Virus record (IMG/VR): IMGVR_UViG_3300021971_000015 | Location: 1-25,303 of that record | DNA from: a virus | Lineage: Duplodnaviria; Caudoviricetes | Direction: 5' to 3' (one strand) | DNA: 25,303 nucleotides | In this document: positions 17,864 to 25,209 of the stretch, in pieces | How positions within the stretch are numbered: position 1 is the stretch's first letter | How the letters are laid out: each line of letters starts with the position of its first letter | Position numbers and translations under genes: made by a program | The notes under the pieces: model-generated | Databases searched by the model: none | The model's input: the letters and a program-made list of their open reading frames with translations, nothing else | Told to the model about the DNA's origin: nothing

Positions 17864-19353
17864 GTTTTAGAACCTCCTAAAGCGTTGTTATCAGCTTTAT
17901 GCTGATGAGACTGTTGTTGTTTCAACGTATTAGGGGCTTTTTGTGCACCGTCTTGTTGTGACACTGGGGAGTCGGTTTGAGTATTCGGATCAGCAGGTCC
18001 TACTTGACCATCTGAACCAATTTTGGTATTATCTATAGTAGAAGTAATACCCATATTAGGGATCTTCATATCACCAGTCTCAGGGTAGTAAAGAACTGCG
18101 CCTAAACTAAGCTGAATGAAGTCATCACCCTTAATATTGTCAAGGTTAAACTTGTTACGAGCTTCATCGTAAGACATAAGACCTTTATCATAAAGAGCAC
18201 CAATAGCTGTAACCTTTTCTTGTAACGTGTTTTGCATAATTGAATCAGTATCAAAACTAAAGAAATATCCTTTTTGCTTTTCGTCTTCTAGTAACAATTC
18301 CTTGTTTAAAGCAGCTTCGAATGCTGATAAAACAGGACGCAATGCGTATTGGAAGAACTGCAAATTATTCATTTCATTAGAATTATACTTGTTCGCAGAA
18401 GAGTTAATCATCGTTTCTGGGAGATTAAACATACGAGCAACATCAGAAATCATAGCTTTCTTACTAGAATCAAGCTGTAGATTATCTGGGTTAGCACTGA
18501 TTTGCTGATAAGTAAGTCCAGATTCTAAGAACATCGTCTTCCCTACATTATCAGTACCGCCATATAATGAAGCAAACTGGCTCTTTAAACGAGTAAAAGC
18601 TTCGTCTGAAATCTTCTTCTCGGTCCTAACGGCACCTGTAGGAACAGCGCCATTCCCCATTAATCTAGTTTCATAATCACGCTGATTAAGTGCTAAAGTC
18701 AATGCCTGAGCAAAATTATCCAGAATACCATGAGAAGTAATCCCATCTTTAGTATCTTGGATAATATTCATAATAGCCTGTTCATCATAACGATAACTAC
18801 CAGCTTGCGAGTTATACGTGTATTCACCATAAAACTTATAACCGCCAATAGTATAAACATCGGAGGTTACTTCTCGTGCGCTTAAAGGATAAATACTGTC
18901 AATATTATTACCAGTTCGTTCAATGAACGACAATGATCGACCGTACAACAATAAATCCTTCGTAGCAATTCGTTTATAATTAAACGCAGTTAATTGCTCA
19001 TTTGTTTGTGTGTTTAATAAGGTAACACGATTATCATCGGTGACTGCTTTTGGTACACCGTTATCGTTAGGCTTCATCAGTTGAACATTTAAGTTACCAA
19101 CCGTATCTGCAATAAGATTTAAGGCAGCTGCAAAGGCCGGGATCTCCATTACCGTATCTTCATCAACATGGCGGCTCTGGTCATCAAAAGAAAATGACGG
19201 AGCACCTGTTTGAGAAGTAACGAATACTGGTTGTGAATTCTTTTCCAAATTTTTATTGTCATCCCACCCATCACCACCGAATGGGACAATATCTTTCAAC
19301 CAGCTAACGATCTTACCACGACCTTGCGCCGATACATCTCTTTGTGTTGCGAT
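17860..19353 (-). CDS. Portal protein, HK97 family
   Basis: AALNLIADTVGNL, DLLLYGRS, NGAVPTG, NVGKTMFLESG, DVARMFNLP and YDEAR motifs. The frame is open upstream of the track TTG (19299) to ATC/ATT (19353/19356) behind RBS AAAGGAGG. Confidence 0.9.
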   Translation of the reverse strand: MATQRDVSAQGRGKIVSWLKDIVPFGGDGWDDNKNLEKNSQPVFVTSQTGAPSFSFDDQSRHVDEDTVMEIPAFAAALNLIADTVGNLNVQLMKPNDNGVPKAVTDDNRVTLLNTQTNEQLTAFNYKRIATKDLLLYGRSLSFIERTGNNIDSIYPLSAREVTSDVYTIGGYKFYGEYTYNSQAGSYRYDEQAIMNIIQDTKDGITSHGILDNFAQALTLALNQRDYETRLMGNGAVPTGAVRTEKKISDEAFTRLKSQFASLYGGTDNVGKTMFLESGLTYQQISANPDNLQLDSSKKAMISDVARMFNLPETMINSSANKYNSNEMNNLQFFQYALRPVLSAFEAALNKELLLEDEKQKGYFFSFDTDSIMQNTLQEKVTAIGALYDKGLMSYDEARNKFNLDNIKGDDFIQLSLGAVLYYPETGDMKIPNMGITSTIDNTKIGSDGQVGPADPNTQTDSPVSQQDGAQKAPNTLKQQQSHQHKADNNALGGSKT

Positions 19354-19370
19354 AATATGAAACCTCCTTT

Positions 19371-21080
19371 CTACATTACTCTAATATTAGGAGAACCGAA
19401 CATTGCATCTTCAAATTCTTCGGTCTCCCACAACGACATGGCATCAACAATTGATGCAGCCATATCAATTTTACCATTTGACTTTTTCTTATTTAAGAAG
19501 TAAGATAGGTTTGAATCAGTTACCATTACTGCATTCATGAAGTTTTGTTCAAGCATATCGTTCTTATCAAAGAAGAATCGTTTATTCTGAATAGCTTCAC
19601 GAAGTAACTTGGTTCCCGGATATAAGCCTTTACCATTTTGCGGAATATCAATCCCGTCATAACCGCTAGCCATAAATTTAGCAATGGTCGATCGAGCGTT
19701 CCATTTATCATAGCCAACACCCTTGATTGTGACTCCATAATTTTCTTCAAGATCAAAGAAAAAGTTTTCTACAAAGTTATAATCAATTGTTTCGCCACCG
19801 GATGGATAAGCCCAACCCTCAGCGTTAGCGTGAGCATAATCAAAGCTTTCAATCTTAGATTTCTCGGCCTCACGTCCCGCAGGATAAAATCCCCATGACT
19901 TGGCTACATACGCATCATGGCTATCGTCATACGTGACCATGGAAAACCCAAAATTATCATGAGATTCGGCAAAGTCTAATCCAACGAATACATCCTTACC
20001 ATCCCAATCATAGCCTTGCTCTAAGATCGCACTCTTAATTTCCGACTCTGAGGCAAAAGCTTCACCAGCTCCCCCATCAACGAAAATATTCATGAACTTA
20101 GTGAGGAAATTAGGGCGCTCTGCAGGATAGTCAATCGCATCAGATTTCATCTTATCAACAGCTTCCTTTACTGCAGGAATATCCTGAGCAATAGGATTAG
20201 CTTTGAGAAGTTCGTCTTCATTCGTAGCCCACTCTTTAGGTTTATCAGGACGATAGAGCATTGCGAAATACTCAGGATCATACTTATCTCCCGGCATTGT
20301 CTTCTCTTCTGCTTTAGCAACTTCTTCTGTCATAGGATTTTCTAAAGAATCGTAAGCAGTAGAAATAATAATACCAAGCGGATTAGCAACTTGTGTCTGT
20401 GAAGATCTCATAGCTTGAATAGGGTAGTTATTAGCTAATGCCCCTACTTCATCGGCTACGAATACAGAAGCAGCACGTGCATCCATTCGGTTATTAGATG
20501 TTGCAAGTGGTTGAAACGTGGATTTTGTAATTCTACAAGTTATTAGTTTCTTTGTAATTATAAAATGATCCTTAATTCTTGGCGAATTATCAATCAAATT
20601 ATCCATTTGAGCCTTAATAATAGCTGACAGTTCCAAGTTAGGCGCAACAGAATAGAACTGTGAGTACTTAGGTTCTGTTAGTAATAATAGAATAAAGATC
20701 AATGCTACAATAAACGTCTTACCGTTCTTACGTCCGATGAGCATTGTAGCTGTCTTATACCGTCTTAGCTCATGGTTTTCTGAATGTCTCCAGCAAAAAA
20801 TACTGACTAAGAAGAACCACTGAAAACCCGTTAAATGTTCATCAACGGGTTGACCAGCTAAGCGACCTTCTGCCATAAGGATAAACCCTAACACAACAGA
20901 GACCTTTTTAAAAAGACTTAAATCAAAATACCATTCACTCTTATCACTAAGCGCTATCTCGTCTAAGAAGCGTTGGCATTGAGTTACAATTTGTTCTCCG
21001 GCAATAATCTTACCAGATACCACATCTTCGGCATAGTGATACGCAGGGTGTGAGTAAATGTCAGTATAGTTAACAGGCAT
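19371..21080 (-). CDS. terL: Terminase large subunit
   Basis: Walker A GRKNGKT, Walker B FVADEV, IISTA coupling motif, GLDFA, YDKWNA and KIDMA nuclease motifs. RBS AAGGAG before ATG at 21080 (MPVNY). Confidence 0.95.
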   Translation of the reverse strand: MPVNYTDIYSHPAYHYAEDVVSGKIIAGEQIVTQCQRFLDEIALSDKSEWYFDLSLFKKVSVVLGFILMAEGRLAGQPVDEHLTGFQWFFLVSIFCWRHSENHELRRYKTATMLIGRKNGKTFIVALIFILLLLTEPKYSQFYSVAPNLELSAIIKAQMDNLIDNSPRIKDHFIITKKLITCRITKSTFQPLATSNNRMDARAASVFVADEVGALANNYPIQAMRSSQTQVANPLGIIISTAYDSLENPMTEEVAKAEEKTMPGDKYDPEYFAMLYRPDKPKEWATNEDELLKANPIAQDIPAVKEAVDKMKSDAIDYPAERPNFLTKFMNIFVDGGAGEAFASESEIKSAILEQGYDWDGKDVFVGLDFAESHDNFGFSMVTYDDSHDAYVAKSWGFYPAGREAEKSKIESFDYAHANAEGWAYPSGGETIDYNFVENFFFDLEENYGVTIKGVGYDKWNARSTIAKFMASGYDGIDIPQNGKGLYPGTKLLREAIQNKRFFFDKNDMLEQNFMNAVMVTDSNLSYFLNKKKSNGKIDMAASIVDAMSLWETEEFEDAMFGSPNIRVM

Positions 21081-21126
21081 ATTATCACTCCTTATTATGT
21101 AAGCAAGAGAGAGTCCACTCTCTTGA

Positions 21127-21342
21127 CTAGTAGGGCAAAAAGGTACTCGGAAACTCAACCTCTACGTTTCTTTTGGACTCAGTACTATTGTAGCTATGTA
21201 ATCGGAGCGAGGTTTTAATCTCGTTCACTTGACGTGCAATACCGGTAGAATCACGCCCATTAGCATTCTTTTTGGCCTCGGACATTGCTTGATATGTATA
21301 ATGCCTCGGCGTTCGTAAACTTTTCCGAGGTTGGTTCATCAA
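21127..21342 (-). other. 71-aa ORF of doubtful coding status overlapping hairpin + TACATA units between terS and terL
   Basis: The start overlaps the terS stop, so coupling is possible, but there is no RBS or recognisable motif. It contains two TACATA elements that are otherwise intergenic. Confidence 0.3.
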
Positions 21343-21836
21343 TTTTCTGATAAGGCTTGTATCAAAGGATCATTTGCGTTTTCTCGTTCAGCCATTGTTA
21401 AAGCTGATAATTGGGCACGAGAACTAGGTGATAATCCGTAAAGTGTTGATAATGAACGGAAGCGATCAAGATATTTGATATGAGTATTGATAGCTGGGTT
21501 TTCTTTTGTTTGGGTCCCGTACTTAGTATCAACCTCAACTAAGGGACCTTGTTCAAAAATAGAAGCATTCGTTTCTTCCATCATAGCTAAGCACTCAGCT
21601 AAGGCACCTACGCCCATCCGATCTAAGTCAGAAAGAATTTCAGTATCTTTAAGTAATCCATAAATATATCCATAATATTTTTCTGCTTTTTCTGATCCTT
21701 GGATAAAGTCAGGTACTTGGTCAACTTCATCTGAGGAACCTTTAATCTTAGCTTCATCTTCCATACGTCTCTTAATTTCTGATTGAGATTCATTATGACC
21801 AGATGTAAGGGCTGCTGGTTTCTTTGGTTTCGGCAA
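21339..21836 (-). CDS. terS: Terminase small subunit, P27 family
   Basis: RBS AAGGAGG, TTG start; PKPKKP N-terminus; LSDLD, KENPAI and YGLSPSSRAQL motifs. Confidence 0.9.
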   Translation of the reverse strand: MPKPKKPAALTSGHNESQSEIKRRMEDEAKIKGSSDEVDQVPDFIQGSEKAEKYYGYIYGLLKDTEILSDLDRMGVGALAECLAMMEETNASIFEQGPLVEVDTKYGTQTKENPAINTHIKYLDRFRSLSTLYGLSPSSRAQLSALTMAERENANDPLIQALSEN

Positions 21837-21852
21837 TCCTTTCCCCTCCTTT

Positions 21853-22251
21853 TTAGAATTTTGGATCTAAATCTAAGCTTCTTTGTTCTGGCAACCAATC
21901 AAAGTCGATACCATTTAATCCCATCGCCAAGTTGCAGGTCCGACAAAGAGTAATGCAATTGTCTTCCTTGTACATAAGCTCTGGGTACTTAACACGTGGC
22001 ATAATATGATGAACTGTTAAGTCCTCATAATTATGCTTATGCATTTTAATTAAGCATCGTTGACATTCGCTACCATCTTTTAATATAATATCCTTACGGA
22101 ACCGTCTCCATCTCATAGAGGTCAATTCTCGTTCTGTCAACTTTGCATTCTTATTGAAGTCTCGTTGTTGTTTATTGCGTTTCTTACGTCTAACAGGACA
22201 ATCATGATTTTCTACGTCCACACGCATACCACAGTCTGGGCAGATCTTCAT
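21853..22251 (-). CDS. HNH endonuclease, terminase-associated (HK97 gp74-like)
   Basis: RWRRFRKDIILKD..CQRC...TVHHIMP...DNCITLCRTCN, with an N-terminal CPDC..HDC zinc motif. ATG at 22251; adjacent to terS. Confidence 0.9.
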   Translation of the reverse strand: MKICPDCGMRVDVENHDCPVRRKKRNKQQRDFNKNAKLTERELTSMRWRRFRKDIILKDGSECQRCLIKMHKHNYEDLTVHHIMPRVKYPELMYKEDNCITLCRTCNLAMGLNGIDFDWLPEQRSLDLDPKF

Positions 22252-22261
22252 ATCTCGTCCT

Positions 22262-22390
22262 TTAGTCAAGTTCTACCCTTTCCAAGTCAGAACCGTCATT
22301 TTGTAAGAGTGTACCACAATAATTACATACAACGAAGGCTTCATCTTCGACTTCGATAGGAGTTGCACATTCAGGACATTCAAATGTCAT
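22262..22390 (-). CDS. 42-aa acidic zinc-ribbon protein (not in track)
   Basis: RBS GGAGAG. MTFECPECATPIEVEDEAFVVCNYCGTLLQNDGSDLERVELD*, with two CxxC pairs. Confidence 0.75.
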   Translation of the reverse strand: MTFECPECATPIEVEDEAFVVCNYCGTLLQNDGSDLERVELD

Positions 22391-22412
22391 GAGCAATCTC
22401 TCCAATCTAATT

Positions 22413-22699
22413 TATGTAATTGACGGTTTAGAAGGCAACCTAACCGAGTAGTCATCCTCACACATGGGAGGAATTCTAAGTTTATGCTGTTGCTAGCAGC
22501 GCCACGCACGTGCGTACATATGTAAAACTACCAGAGCTAGGAGGACTCTGGTAGTAAGAAGGAATAGGAATGAATAGAAGTATGAAAATCACTATGTAAG
22601 CCTCAATCACAGCGATTGGGCGATATATTACTTTGGTACGTTGTTTATACAGGTACACGCCACCTGATTATGTATTATGGAGATTAACGAGTCTCCATA
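22413..22699 (-). repeat. Non-coding array of four hairpin + TACATA units
   Basis: TATGTA on the plus strand at 22413, 22519, 22593 and 22669, each abutting an inverted repeat (22424-22446, 22527-22555, 22600-22621, 22676-22699). Confidence 0.7.
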
Positions 22700-22851
22700 T
22701 CGTTGATACTTTTCGTCCAGCTTAATGACTGAGCCTTCAACATTACGCCACGATCAACTAAGATACGAATAGCATCTACTTTAGCCTCATCTGATACTGC
22801 GTAATCTTTTTGAATAAGCTCAATGATCCGTAGTAAGTCTTTTGTTTCCAC
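22684..22851 (-). CDS. 55-aa hypothetical protein (not in track)
   Basis: RBS AAAGGAG, GTG start; METKDLLRIIELIQKDYAVSDEAKVDAIRILVDRGVMLKAQSLSWTKSINDMETR*. Confidence 0.65.
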   Translation of the reverse strand: METKDLLRIIELIQKDYAVSDEAKVDAIRILVDRGVMLKAQSLSWTKSINDMETR

Positions 22852-23116
22852 TATGAGAGACTCCTTTCTGAGAGCGTACTGGTCCTTAAATCCTTAAATT
22901 AGTAATAATAAACTAATAATATGTATATGTTAATTACGAGCTAAGTAATAGTATATTAATATTAAGTTACTAAGCAGTGGCTCTATTACCCTTACCGCCT
23001 GCAGCGTGCTCCCCTTCCCACTCACTCGTTCACAAGCAGAGCTTGTTCACTCTCTCCCTTCCCCTTCGTCATACTCTACTCTACACAAATAGTGAGGGTC
23101 TCTTTTTGGTCAATTT

Positions 23117-23144
23117 AAGACGTTTTTGACAAGACGTTTTTGAC
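23117..23144. repeat. Perfect 14-bp tandem direct repeat
   Basis: AAGACGTTTTTGAC twice (23117-23130, 23131-23144). Confidence 0.9.
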
Positions 23145-23261
23145 ACTTTTAATTTTTCAAGCTCTCAATCCATTGGTATCACTGGCATAAAAAAATTATT
23201 AGAATATGATGAGTACAAGATACTAACTTTTCTATTCACGTGAATAGATACTGAATACAAG

Positions 23262-23290
23262 TTGACACAATCCTAATCAGGTGCTATAAT
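23262..23290 (+). promoter_or_regulatory. Consensus sigma-A promoter with extended -10
   Basis: TTGACA, 17 bp spacer, TATAAT, with TG at the extended -10 position. Confidence 0.9.
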
Positions 23291-23322
23291 ATACTAATAT
23301 AATAGGAAAGAGAGAAATAAAT

Positions 23323-23964
23323 ATGAATTTTATAAATTTCAGTGCTTATAATGCTATGTCTGATGAATTAGGAGAAGGCCGAGCGACAGATAATTTCAAT
23401 CCTGCCGAGAATGCCTTGTTAGATAGTCTTACTAATAACCCTTTGGAACAAACTGGTGGAAAATATGGAGAAAAGAAAACGCAAGAGTTGTTAAACTCTC
23501 GTCAGGGACTAGTGTTACAAACTTATCTGACTCTTCTGTATCTCGATCTACCAATTCCAAGTGAATTTGCACAAGAATTTGACTCTACTAACAGTCGTTT
23601 TCTCGTTAATCATGACTTTAAGAATATGACTAAACGAGAGACTATCATTTCATTCTTAGATCAATATTTTTACTGGTCAGATGAGTTTCATTTTGAGGAA
23701 TCACGATCGAACACTGTTGGTAAGTTAGCTTTTTATAAGGCTTATAAGGAATATGTGTCTAGTAATAACGTTCCTCTTGCTAATCGTGCCCAATCAGGTG
23801 AATTCAGTGATTATATTTTACTATTTACTACCCAAGAACGGCTAAAAATTACAAATGAATTTAAAAATGTAGTCCGTAAAGAAGCTTTTGTTGGTTTACC
23901 TCACTATCGTACGGGAATTGATATTCCTGACTTCGATATGGGTAAGCACATTCAGCAATACTAG
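23323..23964 (+). CDS. Hypothetical protein, 213 aa; C-terminal half resembles the winged-helix domain of D5-like primase/helicases
   Basis: Follows the promoter and a purine-rich RBS. Pattern IISFLDQYF...VGKLAFYKAYKEYVSSNNV...EFSDYI...AFVGL. Confidence 0.6.
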   Translation: MNFINFSAYNAMSDELGEGRATDNFNPAENALLDSLTNNPLEQTGGKYGEKKTQELLNSRQGLVLQTYLTLLYLDLPIPSEFAQEFDSTNSRFLVNHDFKNMTKRETIISFLDQYFYWSDEFHFEESRSNTVGKLAFYKAYKEYVSSNNVPLANRAQSGEFSDYILLFTTQERLKITNEFKNVVRKEAFVGLPHYRTGIDIPDFDMGKHIQQY

Positions 23965-23974
23965 GAGGAATATA

Positions 23975-24178
23975 ATGGATAAAGATATGTCAATCGCACT
24001 TATTAAGGAAAACCAACGTCTTCATGGTCAGATCGAAGAGTTGCACGATAAGTTAGATAAAAAAAATAATGAAAACTCTGAATTAAAAGATGAAATACGA
24101 GAACAGGATGAAATGATTTACAAATTTCAGCACAAAATTAATGCTATTGAATCGGCACTTTTCGGGGAGGGAGAATAA
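23975..24178 (+). CDS. Small coiled-coil hypothetical protein, 67 aa
   Basis: RBS AGGAGG, ATG at 23975 (MDKDMSIALIKENQRL); heptad pattern. Confidence 0.75.
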   Translation: MDKDMSIALIKENQRLHGQIEELHDKLDKKNNENSELKDEIREQDEMIYKFQHKINAIESALFGEGE

Positions 24179-24390
24179 TGAGTAGTCATGCACGATTATA
24201 TGAAGAACTTGATAATTTAGAAGATCAATTAGACAATAAAGATGCGATCATTGATAACTTGCGTGCTGAGTTAAATGCTAAAAAAGTAGAACTTGACCAA
24301 GTAAATAAGAAATTATTAGATGGTGGAAATTATATTGATCGCCTTGAAGGAGAAAATGAGCAATTGAATGATATGCTAGATTGGGGCTAG
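24178..24390 (+). CDS. Small coiled-coil hypothetical protein, 70 aa
   Basis: TAATG coupling with the previous gene, RBS GGGAG, clear heptads. Confidence 0.75.
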   Translation: MSSHARLYEELDNLEDQLDNKDAIIDNLRAELNAKKVELDQVNKKLLDGGNYIDRLEGENEQLNDMLDWG

Positions 24391-24394
24391 GTTT

Positions 24395-24422
24395 AAGAAG
24401 AGAGAAATCTCTTCTTTTTTTT
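24395..24422 (+). terminator. Intrinsic terminator
   Basis: AAGAAGAGA-GAAA-TCTCTTCTT followed by a T run. Confidence 0.85.
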
Positions 24423-24423
24423 G

Positions 24424-24452
24424 TTGACTTAATTAAATCCCCGTGCTATAAT
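24424..24452 (+). promoter_or_regulatory. Sigma-A promoter with extended -10
   Basis: TTGACT, 17 bp spacer, TATAAT, with TG extension. Confidence 0.85.
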
Positions 24453-24493
24453 ATGTTCATCAAATAAATTAACAAAAGAAAAGAGAAAATATT

Positions 24494-24790
24494 ATGAAAT
24501 TCTACGGAACTCTATTTACAGTTGGCGGCGTTATGTTCATATTCGGTGGTGGAGGATTCGCAGTATGGTACTTTTTAGTAGCATCTGTATACGGTTTATG
24601 GCTATCTGTCGCTTTTATCATTGCAACTGCAATCGTTATCGTGCCCACTATCTTGTACATCGTGATCGTTTATTTAATTGACAAACATGAAAGTAAAGCG
24701 ATTGCTGCCAAGCTTAACGCAGAACAGGCAGATTTTGTGTCAGAAGATCACGACAATTTCTATCACAGTAACTACACACCACGCCATTAA
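24494..24790 (+). CDS. Small membrane protein, 98 aa
   Basis: Hydrophobic N-terminal ~62 aa (about 2 TM segments) and a polar tail; first gene after the promoter. Confidence 0.75.
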   Translation: MKFYGTLFTVGGVMFIFGGGGFAVWYFLVASVYGLWLSVAFIIATAIVIVPTILYIVIVYLIDKHESKAIAAKLNAEQADFVSEDHDNFYHSNYTPRH

Positions 24791-24805
24791 TAGGAGGAAC
24801 TTAAT

Positions 24806-25060
24806 ATGAAAGACTTTATTAATTATACAACTTATAATTTATCCTATCGAGTAGCAGGACATCTTGTAGAAGTCAACGTGGAACGCTGGTGGCGTTTTGA
24901 ACAGATTGGAGACTGTCATACAGCAAACATTACGATCAAGCGTGAAGGAGCTGCTACGCAGCACTGGCAGCATAAATGTGACATCGAAGAAGCTTTGGAC
25001 GGCGATGTCGCAATGACACTTGCTAATTATGGCGGAGAACAAGAAGAGGTGCTAGTATGA
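24806..25060 (+). CDS. Hypothetical protein, 84 aa
   Basis: RBS TAGGAGG, ATG start. Confidence 0.75.
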   Translation: MKDFINYTTYNLSYRVAGHLVEVNVERWWRFEQIGDCHTANITIKREGAATQHWQHKCDIEEALDGDVAMTLANYGGEQEEVLV

Positions 25061-25134
25061 ATAACGAAGAAATGAGATTACTTAAAGAAAAACTCGATCA
25101 AGTTATCGTTGAGAATAGAGAGCTGATTAATTAA
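25057..25134 (+). CDS. 25-aa coiled-coil peptide (not in track)
   Basis: RBS GAGGTG, ATGA overlap with the previous stop; MNNEEMRLLKEKLDQVIVENRELIN*. Confidence 0.5.
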   Translation: MNNEEMRLLKEKLDQVIVENRELIN

Positions 25135-25160
25135 AGTCCTTGACAGGGCTTTTTTATTTT
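25133..25160 (+). terminator. Intrinsic terminator overlapping the next promoter
   Basis: AAAGTCCT-TGAC-AGGGCTTT followed by TTTATTTT. Confidence 0.75.
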
Positions 25161-25168
25161 GCTATAAT
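25140..25168 (+). promoter_or_regulatory. Consensus sigma-A promoter with extended -10
   Basis: TTGACA, 17 bp spacer, TATAAT, with TG extension. Confidence 0.85.
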
Positions 25169-25209
25169 ACGTGTATGGTCATTGATAACTAAAGGATTCA
25201 AAAAAAAAA

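Noticed and set aside
21853-22251. HNH gene as a mobile homing endonuclease or intron
   Set aside because: Its size, motifs and position next to terS match the packaging-associated HNH type, and terL is uninterrupted.
3414-22359. Many short plus-strand ORFs and alternate-frame minus-strand ORFs in the track (e.g. 9548-9880, 16126-16467, 16779-17120, 6399-6716)
   Set aside because: They lie within well-supported structural genes, lack RBSs and read as antisense or frame shadows.
22262-22390. Calling the zinc-ribbon peptide LysW
   Set aside because: It lacks the C-terminal EDWGE carrier motif and any lysine-biosynthesis context.
22484-22599. Plus-strand mini-ORFs ending ATG-TAA (MLLLAAPRTCVHM*, MNRSMKITM*) as the explanation of the TATGTA motif
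   Set aside because: Several motif copies read TATGTAT or ATGTAC with no stop, and the UNCG loops and operon direction favour the minus strand. Not fully excluded.
22405-22700. Possible CRISPR array or tRNA cluster
   Set aside because: No repeated 23-47-bp sequence (only a 6-7-nt motif is shared), and no cloverleaf or T-loop GTTCRA was found.
22500-22751. Three CGCCAC hexamers as terminase-binding or cos sites
   Set aside because: Too short and irregularly spaced, and one lies inside the 55-aa CDS; no cos site can be supported.
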